The notes beneath the pieces were generated by a model, which did not search any database, was not told where the DNA came from, and saw only the letters and a program-made list of their open reading frames with translations. Positions 10,907 to 19,512 of a DNA stretch of 19,643 nucleotides are shown in pieces. The first letter of the stretch is position 1. Each line of letters starts with the position of its first letter. A program made the position numbers and the translations under genes. The stretch is from Neoechinorhynchus agilis (lineage: Eukaryota > Animalia > Acanthocephala): the NCBI GenBank assembly GCA_051530055.1, contig JBMGUZ010000053.1:1-19643 (forward strand), in the 5' to 3' direction.

Positions 10907-13900
10907 AGTCCAATTGATCTCGGCACTGCTTTCCTGGCCTATATAAGTAGAGCTAAAGCCACTCTTGGCGATATGGAGCATGTTCGAGTGGAAAAGAAGG
11001 AAAGACGCGAAAAGTACCGCAATTTCAGTACTTTTGTTCCTACCGACAAAAATGGATCATTCACCCGCGACATGGAGGCTGCCATGCGAAACTTCAAGTA
11101 TGAAGCTGCTTTCGTTGGGCCCACAACCATAGCGGAAAAATCTGATAGTATAGACCATAAGATTCGTAACGATGTTCGAGTGCGTGCTCATTATCTTCTT
11201 AATAAGATTGGCACCTCGAAGAAACGACTTATGGGTCTTTGTTTCTCCCATAGAAATAATCCACCTATGTTGCACGCCTTGGCACATGGGCTTAACTCCC
11301 GTAATCAGCGTTTGTGCGCTGCGTTCTGTAAGGAGTTGGACACGTTGAATGGCCAGGGCGAGTTAATAGAAAATCTCGAATGGCGCGCCACTAGGCGCAC
11401 TACACTTCTCTCTTCGCTTAGAAATAGGCACTTTCGGCAGTTCAGTACTTCGGGATGGCTCTCGCCAGATGCTATCTCCACTCTAGCTGGAAACGGTGTG
11501 AGCAGTTTCACAAGCTCTTACATCTCCTCCGTTCTAGCTGGTGGTGATGGCTATGCCGAGAGGCTCTCTGAAGAATGGAACCGCCTTATGCATTCCATTA
11601 ACGGCAATCCAGTCTCGCGACCCTATGTGCCGGTAGGGTATCAGATGACCGTTAAGTCTTTACAATCAGCTGACCACGTTTTTAAGATCGTTACTGCCTT
11701 GGCTGGGAATTACTCCCTTTTCCGAACTCTTCCAAACACTACGCTCGGTTTCCTCCACGAAGTGGGTCTCACAGCCAAAGATAATGACATCTTTCTTGGC
11801 GAAAAAGCTAGAGCAGCGGCCCAGATCAATTGTCCTTTCTATAGGGGGGAGAGTGTTGAAGAGAAGAAGGCTTTACACTATTACTTCGGTGTTATGCCCC
11901 ATATGGTTGAAAGCTATGGGCCGATTTGTCTTTCTCTAGGCCTTTCTTATTCTACTTCCGGTTTAATCGGTGCTGAGTACAATGAGTTGTGGCGCGAGAC
12001 TGAAGGTGAAGCGGTTGTAGTCCAACCCTCAGAGAGTGTGAGCTTCGGTCGCTCGGCTTTACCCGAGGAGACTTTAACTCCGCAAGATCAACTCTCTATC
12101 ATTACTCGTGTCTTTGGGGCCTCCCCGGCCGATCTTATACGTAGCACCAATCCAACGCGAGTCCGGGCCAAGTTTCGCGTAACTGTTGAAAAAATCTTGG
12201 CTCAGAAAAGAATCGAATTCAAGGAACTCCTCTCCCAAAATCAGAAGCAAGTTGAGTCCACTCGAGAATCTCTAGCCAAGCGTCCCCGCGATTCTGTGTT
12301 GCTCAAAATTCTTGAAGAATCTAGACAAGCCCAGCTTAGAATTGATTCTAGTCTGGCTTTGATAGAGCGGATTGGGGAGGAATTTCAAGCGCTATCTCAT
12401 CTCGACGACCTGCCGATCATGACGGCTTATAATGATGATCTAGATCTAGAATCTTTGCCGAATAGTCCGGTCGACATCGGTACTGCCTTCTTAGCCTACA
12501 TGAGTAGAGCAAAAGCCACTATCGGCGAGACTGAGCACGTCCGAGTAGAGAAGCGGGAGAAGCGCGATAGGTATCGTAATTACAATTCATTCGTCCCTAC
12601 AGATAAGAACGGTTCTTTCACCCGTGACATGGAGGCTGCCGTACGAAACCTCAAGTATGAGGCTGCGTTCGTCGGGGCTACAACCATCGCGGAAAAGTCG
12701 GACAATATCGAACATAAGATTCGTAATGATGTGCGAGTTCGCGCGCATTACCTTCTTAATAAAATCGGAACATCAAAGAAGAGATTAATGGGTCTCTGCT
12801 TTGCTCATAGGAACAATCAGCCCATGTTACATGCTCTAGCGCATGGGCTGGCCTCCCGTAACCAGCGCTTGTGCGCAGCCTTTTGTAGGGAGTTAGATGT
12901 TCTAAATGGGCAAAGCGAATTGTTGGAAAGTCTGGAATGGCGCGCCACTAGGCGCACAGCTTTGCTTGCATCGCTTAGAAATAGGCACTTCAGGCAATTC
13001 AGTTCTTCGGGGTGGCTTTCACCTGATGCCATCTCCACTTTAGCCGGAAACGGGGTGAGCAGTTTCACTAGCTCCTATATCTCCTCCGTCCTGGCTGGTG
13101 GCGATGGTTATGCTGAAAGACTTTCCGAGGAATGGAATCGCCTCATGCACTCTCTCAAAGGCAATTCGATTCCGCGACCCTATGTGCCGGTAGGATATCA
13201 AATGACAGTTGAATTCGTTCAGTCGGCCGACCATGTCTCCAAAATAGTTACCGCTCTGGCTGGTAATTATTCCTTGTTTCGGACCATCCCCGCCACCAAC
13301 TTTAGCATCATTGCTACCAAAGAGCCCGAATTTCTCCATGACGCAGGCCTGATCCTCGAGCAGGACGATAGCTTTCTTAACGATAAAGCCAGGGCAGTTG
13401 CTGAGGCTAGCGTACCCTTCTACAGAGGCAAGAGCGTCGAGGAAAAGAGAGCTCTACATTACTATCTCTGCAACATGCCCCATCTGACTGAAACTCACGG
13501 ACCGATTTGTATCTCTTTGGGCTTATCTTATGCTATGTCTGGTCCAATTGGTGCCGAATATAACGAACTATGGCGTGAGCAAGAGCTCATGTTGAAACCC
13601 GGCATGGACCTAGACCCTAATGTGTTCCACATTCTCTCACCCGATCCGGTTGACCCTCCGACCACTATTTCGAGCAGCTCTTGTCTCGATAGAGTGTATA
13701 GCTTAATTCTATCAGATGATTTGGATACATCCGCACGGATGGATTTCACTCGGCTTTTACATACCGTTAGTCAGGTTGCCCCACTGCTCCGTCGTCGGAA
13801 CGAAAAAATGGCTTACCTGACGCTTTGCGGTTCTGCTGCGCTCGATCATTATCGAGACGGCTCCCCAGCCACGTTCGCTCGAATGCGAGCAATTCTTTCT

Positions 13901-15523
13901 ACTGACAATTATCCGACAGTTACGGCTCCGCCGCCAAACGGTAATTCTCGCTTGGATGGTAATATTCGCCGTATGTGGGTATGTCAACCGTTTGAGATCG
14001 TCTGGCTGCGCATGTCCGTCGTTGACTTCTTCAGATGCGTAGCCGTTAACAATTTAGTCTGGAACGAAGGACCAAATGTCCACAACTCGGCACTTGACGG
14101 TCGTACCCTCGCCGTCATGGAACAATATTTCCCGGCTCCCGCGGAGCAGTTGCATCGTATAGTCGCTACTGTGTGGAATCCGATTCTTGTTGATGAGATC
14201 TATATGAATCGTTCTGGCACCGAGGAGCATTTCTTTTCTCTGATGGATGCGTTCGCTAAACAAGCCAATAAGATTTTTATTGTGGTAACCGTCACGTTAG
14301 AAGAGATTGCGACTTGTGTCCAGCGATTCCGCTATACTAGTTCCAACGGAATGGGTTCTTTCCCTTACGACAATCTCGGCCTCTCGATCCTCAACGGTTC
14401 GTTTCCGAATGAGGCTTTAAATGAAATTCCATGTCAAGAGGAATTATTATCTTACTTAGCCTTATCCAACAATACTCTTGACTACCAATTTATGGGTAGG
14501 CTAAAGGTTCCGTACAATTCTGGTATTAGACTAGCCTGGAATTACGACCCGGGCTTCTACTTTTACCCTCTTATTCAGTTTGGCCTTCTTAAGGTCTCAG
14601 ATCTTCCGGCTACTCGAACAAGGTTGACTCCTGAAAACGAGTTGAAGTATTATTCTGCACCTGACATCTTGCCGTGCCTTAGGCTTGCTGCACACAAGTT
14701 AAGTCTGCGGCTTGACACGATGCAAGTTTCGATCAAAGCAGTGACGCCTGAATCTTCTTGGATTTTAGGGTCGATTTCCGATGTGCTACCAACGAGCGAT
14801 AGGACTATTTTGGGTATCATTAACGCATATTTGGGCGTTCCGCTAGCTAGAGCTTTTGCTGCATGGGCGGTTGATCCGGAAGTCACTATCGTTCATGAAC
14901 GAACAATTCTACACTGGGTCATGGTCTCCAAGTCACTTGGAGTATCGTTCGGTTCCGGGGCCATGGCGTATTCCGAACATAATGGTAGGTCTTCTGTTGG
15001 AGTGTCGTGGCAACTGTCTTCTCATACTCAGGAGGCTGAGCTGACGACTAAATTCTTCTTAAACAATTCGGTATGGTCTGTCGTTTGTACCGACGACCTT
15101 GATCCTTTCAGAATCGGACTTAATGAACCTTGCACGCCCGAACTAATGCCTCTCGTCACATTGAAAGGTTTCATCGGCGGAATCCGTTCTGATATCACTT
15201 TCAGAGGGGCGCTCCTTCCTAGAGGATGCAAAGGTCAGTACGACGTGATTACTATAGGTTCTCTCTTCGCGATCCAAGTTAAAATTAACGCTCATATCCG
15301 TCTCCGCTTCTCTCTGGCGCATCTAGCGAGTTGGGACACTCGCTTTGACAAGGGCACCTTCGATGTCCCCAGGAACGAAAGGTATACCGATCCTCTCGGT
15401 ATTGCCTCGTGTTTCGAGGGGGACTCGCAGTTAGCACCCATGGGCCCCGAGGCCCGAATTTCTTCCAAAGGGTCGAAGATAGAGGATGCTTCAGAGCGTG
15501 CGGCTGCCTCTGCGGAGGATTAG
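10892..15523 (+). CDS. Viral ORF1: putative capsid/structural polyprotein with an internally duplicated ~365-aa domain; 5'-truncated, start codon from the satellite
   Basis: 1543 aa without a stop, upstream of the RdRp as in totivirus genomes. Repeat copies at 10907-11998 and 12464-13579. The capsid assignment rests on position only; no motif was recognised. Confidence 0.7.
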   Translation: MRYMTSPIDLGTAFLAYISRAKATLGDMEHVRVEKKERREKYRNFSTFVPTDKNGSFTRDMEAAMRNFKYEAAFVGPTTIAEKSDSIDHKIRNDVRVRAHYLLNKIGTSKKRLMGLCFSHRNNPPMLHALAHGLNSRNQRLCAAFCKELDTLNGQGELIENLEWRATRRTTLLSSLRNRHFRQFSTSGWLSPDAISTLAGNGVSSFTSSYISSVLAGGDGYAERLSEEWNRLMHSINGNPVSRPYVPVGYQMTVKSLQSADHVFKIVTALAGNYSLFRTLPNTTLGFLHEVGLTAKDNDIFLGEKARAAAQINCPFYRGESVEEKKALHYYFGVMPHMVESYGPICLSLGLSYSTSGLIGAEYNELWRETEGEAVVVQPSESVSFGRSALPEETLTPQDQLSIITRVFGASPADLIRSTNPTRVRAKFRVTVEKILAQKRIEFKELLSQNQKQVESTRESLAKRPRDSVLLKILEESRQAQLRIDSSLALIERIGEEFQALSHLDDLPIMTAYNDDLDLESLPNSPVDIGTAFLAYMSRAKATIGETEHVRVEKREKRDRYRNYNSFVPTDKNGSFTRDMEAAVRNLKYEAAFVGATTIAEKSDNIEHKIRNDVRVRAHYLLNKIGTSKKRLMGLCFAHRNNQPMLHALAHGLASRNQRLCAAFCRELDVLNGQSELLESLEWRATRRTALLASLRNRHFRQFSSSGWLSPDAISTLAGNGVSSFTSSYISSVLAGGDGYAERLSEEWNRLMHSLKGNSIPRPYVPVGYQMTVEFVQSADHVSKIVTALAGNYSLFRTIPATNFSIIATKEPEFLHDAGLILEQDDSFLNDKARAVAEASVPFYRGKSVEEKRALHYYLCNMPHLTETHGPICISLGLSYAMSGPIGAEYNELWREQELMLKPGMDLDPNVFHILSPDPVDPPTTISSSSCLDRVYSLILSDDLDTSARMDFTRLLHTVSQVAPLLRRRNEKMAYLTLCGSAALDHYRDGSPATFARMRAILSTDNYPTVTAPPPNGNSRLDGNIRRMWVCQPFEIVWLRMSVVDFFRCVAVNNLVWNEGPNVHNSALDGRTLAVMEQYFPAPAEQLHRIVATVWNPILVDEIYMNRSGTEEHFFSLMDAFAKQANKIFIVVTVTLEEIATCVQRFRYTSSNGMGSFPYDNLGLSILNGSFPNEALNEIPCQEELLSYLALSNNTLDYQFMGRLKVPYNSGIRLAWNYDPGFYFYPLIQFGLLKVSDLPATRTRLTPENELKYYSAPDILPCLRLAAHKLSLRLDTMQVSIKAVTPESSWILGSISDVLPTSDRTILGIINAYLGVPLARAFAAWAVDPEVTIVHERTILHWVMVSKSLGVSFGSGAMAYSEHNGRSSVGVSWQLSSHTQEAELTTKFFLNNSVWSVVCTDDLDPFRIGLNEPCTPELMPLVTLKGFIGGIRSDITFRGALLPRGCKGQYDVITIGSLFAIQVKINAHIRLRFSLAHLASWDTRFDKGTFDVPRNERYTDPLGIASCFEGDSQLAPMGPEARISSKGSKIEDASERAAASAED

Positions 15524-15559
15524 CCACCGAACGATTTAGTTCGGAATGTGAATCTGAGC

Positions 15560-16365
15560 TGATGCATCTGGTACACCTTCAGCTCTGAATAACCTGTGCT
15601 GGCATGTGGAATGCCCGGTCTGCAACATGATTTCGATTAGACATGAGAGACAAGATATTGTCATCGAGTTGGGTAGAGATTACTCTGAATCTAAAGTCGA
15701 AATCGATAGTTGGATGCACATCATTGCTGGAAATCGGCCAAATCCGCCCATTTTAAGGTTGCTCCTCAATATACGCTCCTTACTGCATTTGACATTTTCA
15801 GAATGGCCCGCCCGACACTTAAAGTCGCCAATGAGTTCGTCCCATCAACTTTCGAGCTCTACAACTTGTTACATGGTTTGCATACTGCTGTCGTTGGAAA
15901 TACGAAAATTCAACATTATTTCAAAGGAACTTGGTAACCAACTCGCAGGTAAGCTTAGTCATTACTATAACCCGCGCCCTGTGAGAGTGTTTGCCAAAGC
16001 TCGACAGAAGAGACTTGCTAAACGGTGGGACTTCGTCCCGATCTACTCTGGTGATATTCCACGGAATATACTTTCGAAAATTGAAAATTATCTAAAAGTA
16101 TGGAACTTGTCAGCAACTATTAGGCAGTTGTATTCTTTTCTTCTTCCATACTATCAATCCAACCAGTTCGAATACTCCGACGTCTGGTTACTTGATGCAT
16201 CTGGTACACCTTCAGCTCTGAATAACCTGTGCTGGCATGTGGAATGCCCGGTCTGCAACATGATTTCGATTAGACATGAGAGACAAGATATTGTCATCGA
16301 GTTGGGTAGAGATTACTCTGAATCTAAAGTCGAAATCGATAGTTGGATGCACATCATTGCTGGAA
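15560..16365 (+). repeat. Perfect 173-bp non-tandem duplication (15560-15732 = 16193-16365)
   Basis: tgatgcatctggtacacc...catcattgctggaa is identical at both sites, offset 633 nt. Visible in the protein as ECPVCNMISIRHERQDIVIELGRDYSESKVEIDSWMHIIAG twice. Confidence 0.97.
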
Positions 16366-18548
16366 GGAAGTTATCTACACGCGAATTCTTTTCGCTACTT
16401 CGCCCGCTTGCAACAGAGACCGAAACAGAGGGGATGCTAAGGGCAGCATGGGTTGAGAGGGAGGCTGATTGTTCAATCCGCTACATTCCCCCTACCTCTG
16501 CTATGTCTGAAAAGGTTGGATCTCTTTTTCCTGGGTCCCCTGCTTGGCAGCGCTCGTGCGCTTTGGTGAGCCGATTAGGACTCGATTTCTTATTGCAGCA
16601 TATCTATCAGTCTTTGACTTTGGTTCCCACCTTCGAGGGTTCGTTGTTGTGGATGCGCCGAGTTTCTGCCCTTGCCAAGGCTAATATAACTTCCACCCGT
16701 TACGCCACCATGCTGGTCGACCTGAATAGATGGCTTGGCCATTTTCCGCTTCTTAGCGAAAAAGAGATGATTGACTCAGCGCGAGGATGGTTGGGGTGTA
16801 CGAATTCATGCTTAGGTACGGGCGGTGCACTGATCTGGGAAAGGCTTAATCTCTTGCATGCGTCGGAACTTATCTCAAAGATCTTCTCATCCATTCCAAG
16901 GACAACCGGAGCTGATATATGGCGCGAGATGCTCATTAGTCGCACTTGGTCTACGCCCGGAGCATCGAACGCTGGAGATTTCTCAGCTAGGAAGAATCAG
17001 CTAGGTTTTAAGCTCCCGAAGACCAAAGCTTCCCTAGCGCTTTGGGCTTCGGACGACCAAATCTACAATATGATATCCACTCCATCCAGGGAGGTGATGA
17101 ATGTGGCCCCGAAATATGACGAACTGGGTAAGGCGCGACATATCCTACGTTCAGATGACGCTACCTATCTTAAGCAGGTGTTAGTTGAAAAATGTCTCGG
17201 AACTCCTTCCCCTGCCGTGTTAGATGGTATTCGGGTTGTCTCGCCCATCTTCTCTACGCCCCACGAGTGGCTTCAACAATTACGCGAATTCGGGGAGGCG
17301 GCTGCCAAACCGTGGTACTTCTCGATCCAATTGGACCACTCGAAATTTGACGAGCATCAGTCTGGTCCTCTAATCAGATGTATCATGTTGGAGCTGTTAC
17401 ATCATGCCTCTAAACGTCATTCTTGGATTTTGAGTCCTCTTAGGACTTCTTTGCTTACTTCCTTCCTTATGCCGGCGGATGTAAAGTTAGCGGCTGGCGG
17501 CTTCATCTGCTCCCATTTGGGGGGACTTCCTTCCGGGTGGAAGTGGACGGCTTTACTTGACACCATTCTCAACTATTCGTTGAATAGAGCAGCGATGGAA
17601 GTCGTCGGTCTTCTGCCGGAACCGAATATCATGGCTCATATGGGGGACGATTCTCTATGGTTTGTCAAAGAGGACGAGTTGAGAATGGCAGTGCACGTCC
17701 CATCCTTCTTAAACTGGAAAGGTTATGTTCTCAATGCGTCGAAAAATTATATCTCTAACATGTCGTGTGACTTCCTCGGCTATACGGCAGTGAGCGCCAC
17801 TGACATACGGGGTGCCGCTTCGCGAATGGTACCTACTGTAGTGGTCTCACATTCTCGGCTGGGCTATGAAATTCCACCCATCTTACGTTCCTTTTCGGCA
17901 CTGTGGAATTGGGTGATGCTGGTCAAAAGGCTAGAGGGCGTGGTCCCGAAGTCCACTCTATTGCCCCTTATTGCAAAGGATGTTTCCGGTATATCTAAGA
18001 ATTCTTATCTTCAAGTTCTCACTTATCTAAATACTCCTGCTTCTCTCGGCGGCGCCGGTTTAACCGGAATAGCATCGTATCTTGATTATGATGGCACGAA
18101 TAAAGCGGTTACTCTACTTAAGCGCCCACCAGAACGAGAAGAAGTTGTCGTTACTAAAACAACGCCTCTGTCTCTCTGCCTCCCTCGTGACTGCAGAGCT
18201 ACGTTCGATTGGGCGGTCAATTCTTATTGCAAGCGCACCCTTCCGAGTTATATTGGCAATGAGCTGTATTTTCAGAAGGTCGAGCGAATCGTTATAAAAC
18301 GGAACAAATTTTTGTCGATAACCTGTTTGATCCCCGCTCGTTGGGAGTTTTCGCTTCCGAGGGTTATCGAATCCACTTACAAGGAATTAGTTACCCGGTC
18401 CAGATCTGAATTTCGTCTCTTCCTGGCACGTCATCCTACTGCCCTTTCGGTTAGGACGAAGTTTCTATTCTCTCTCTTTTCTCGTAGAGGCCATTCTTGG
18501 GCCATTATTCGCTCGTGGTTGCTTGGGCGTTTTGCCCACTGTTCGTAA
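15606..18548 (+). CDS. RdRp: Toti-like RNA-dependent RNA polymerase (probably begins near 15349 in the reconstructed virus)
   Basis: Motifs in order: WSTPGAS; F (PKYDELGKARHIL); A (LDHSKFDEHQ, ~17334); B (GLPSGWKWTALLDTILN, ~17523); C (MGDDS, GDD at 17643-17651); D (GYVLNASKN); E (CDFLG). Confidence 0.95.
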   Translation: MECPVCNMISIRHERQDIVIELGRDYSESKVEIDSWMHIIAGNRPNPPILRLLLNIRSLLHLTFSEWPARHLKSPMSSSHQLSSSTTCYMVCILLSLEIRKFNIISKELGNQLAGKLSHYYNPRPVRVFAKARQKRLAKRWDFVPIYSGDIPRNILSKIENYLKVWNLSATIRQLYSFLLPYYQSNQFEYSDVWLLDASGTPSALNNLCWHVECPVCNMISIRHERQDIVIELGRDYSESKVEIDSWMHIIAGRKLSTREFFSLLRPLATETETEGMLRAAWVEREADCSIRYIPPTSAMSEKVGSLFPGSPAWQRSCALVSRLGLDFLLQHIYQSLTLVPTFEGSLLWMRRVSALAKANITSTRYATMLVDLNRWLGHFPLLSEKEMIDSARGWLGCTNSCLGTGGALIWERLNLLHASELISKIFSSIPRTTGADIWREMLISRTWSTPGASNAGDFSARKNQLGFKLPKTKASLALWASDDQIYNMISTPSREVMNVAPKYDELGKARHILRSDDATYLKQVLVEKCLGTPSPAVLDGIRVVSPIFSTPHEWLQQLREFGEAAAKPWYFSIQLDHSKFDEHQSGPLIRCIMLELLHHASKRHSWILSPLRTSLLTSFLMPADVKLAAGGFICSHLGGLPSGWKWTALLDTILNYSLNRAAMEVVGLLPEPNIMAHMGDDSLWFVKEDELRMAVHVPSFLNWKGYVLNASKNYISNMSCDFLGYTAVSATDIRGAASRMVPTVVVSHSRLGYEIPPILRSFSALWNWVMLVKRLEGVVPKSTLLPLIAKDVSGISKNSYLQVLTYLNTPASLGGAGLTGIASYLDYDGTNKAVTLLKRPPEREEVVVTKTTPLSLCLPRDCRATFDWAVNSYCKRTLPSYIGNELYFQKVERIVIKRNKFLSITCLIPARWEFSLPRVIESTYKELVTRSRSEFRLFLARHPTALSVRTKFLFSLFSRRGHSWAIIRSWLLGRFAHCS

Positions 18549-18783
18549 ATTTCTTTTTCAAGGTGACGAACTAGATCTTATTAATCCATACGTATCCAAT
18601 GTTGATTTAGCATTTTCTTTCTTTTACGAATACAAATTGACTGTACCTAAACTTACTTTAATACTTGAATCTCAACCTTTACGCAAATTTCGACGTTACG
18701 ATGTCAATGATATTATGAATTTGGGCGGTACTCAAGGCCTATTTACGGAATCCGACTCCCTTTCCATGTTCTGCGATAAGTAG
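18523..18783 (+). pseudogene. Probable frameshifted C-terminal continuation of the RdRp (or a small ORF3)
   Basis: The +1 frame is open from 18391 to 18783, overlapping the RdRp end. Removing one base in tgg ttg [c] ttg ggc gtt gives ...SWLLGVLPTVRKFLFQG... Confidence 0.45.
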
Positions 18784-18865
18784 ATCGATGGGCGGGACTT
18801 CCGGATGTTTGGTGAGCAATTCGGCTCACTTACGTATATGTTAACCAGTCTGTTGGTGTGCGGGC

Positions 18866-19091
18866 TAAAAATTCTGTTATTTCTGTGGCAACGACTTCTT
18901 TGGGATGCCTGAAGTACAACAGAAGGAAGTTTCTGTTTATGAATAGCAATGAGGTACATGACTTAGACAATTCAATGATTGGTGCTTAAAAATTCTGCTA
19001 TTTGTGTGGCAACGACTTCTTTGGGATGCCTGAAGTACAACAGAAGGAAGTTTCTGTTTATGAATAGCAATGAGGTACATGACATAGACGA
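18866..19091. repeat. 121-bp satellite, right block (~1.9 units)
   Basis: Same unit and orientation as the left block. 18866-18963 is identical to 10809-10906. Confidence 0.96.
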
Positions 19092-19512
19092 ACGATCAGT
19101 GATTGTAATGCCGACACTAAGTTCATCGATAAGCGACGTATTGAAATTAAAAAAAGAAACTCCTTCGAAGGGAAGATCAATTAAAAGGATTTAAATAGAC
19201 TTGTCGAATACATGGAAGAGTGGTCGAAAATCCATCACAGAAGGTAATCGTAAGCCGTCTTTGAAAGGAAAGAGATCTTCCGCGAATGCGATCTTTAAAT
19301 GCTCTCGGGTCTGCAGGTCCTCCCGGTTCGTTAGAAAAATTTAATTGCTTCATTCTCTCTACCCCTTTTTCCGGTTCGAATGCTGATAGACAAGTTGGTC
19401 TTGTTGGAGACCTGCAAGCTTTCATTTGAAAGTGCCATCTACCTCTATTTTTTTATCAGCTCGGGAACTAATCCTTTGGCCCTCAACCATTGAAGTTACC
19501 GAGACTTTTTCA

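Larger units (their letters stand above)
10907..18865 (+). mobile_element. Endogenous viral element: near-complete toti-like dsRNA virus (Ghabrivirales; Giardiavirus/Artivirus/Pistolvirus-type RdRp)
   Basis: Two long co-directional ORFs (structural polyprotein, then RdRp). Visibly more GC-rich than the flanks, no introns, sharp junctions with the satellite on both sides. Confidence 0.92.

Noticed and set aside
12434-12470. DLDLESLPNSP as a possible 2A-like StopGo site between ORF1 domains
   Set aside because: It lacks the required D(V/I)ExNPGP ending; no NPGP occurs anywhere in ORF1.
10939-15527. Many short antisense and alternate-frame ORFs over the viral ORFs and over the Penelope ORF
   Set aside because: Shadow ORFs of long coding sequences with no motifs; paired ones (11305/12817) simply mirror the ORF1 duplication.
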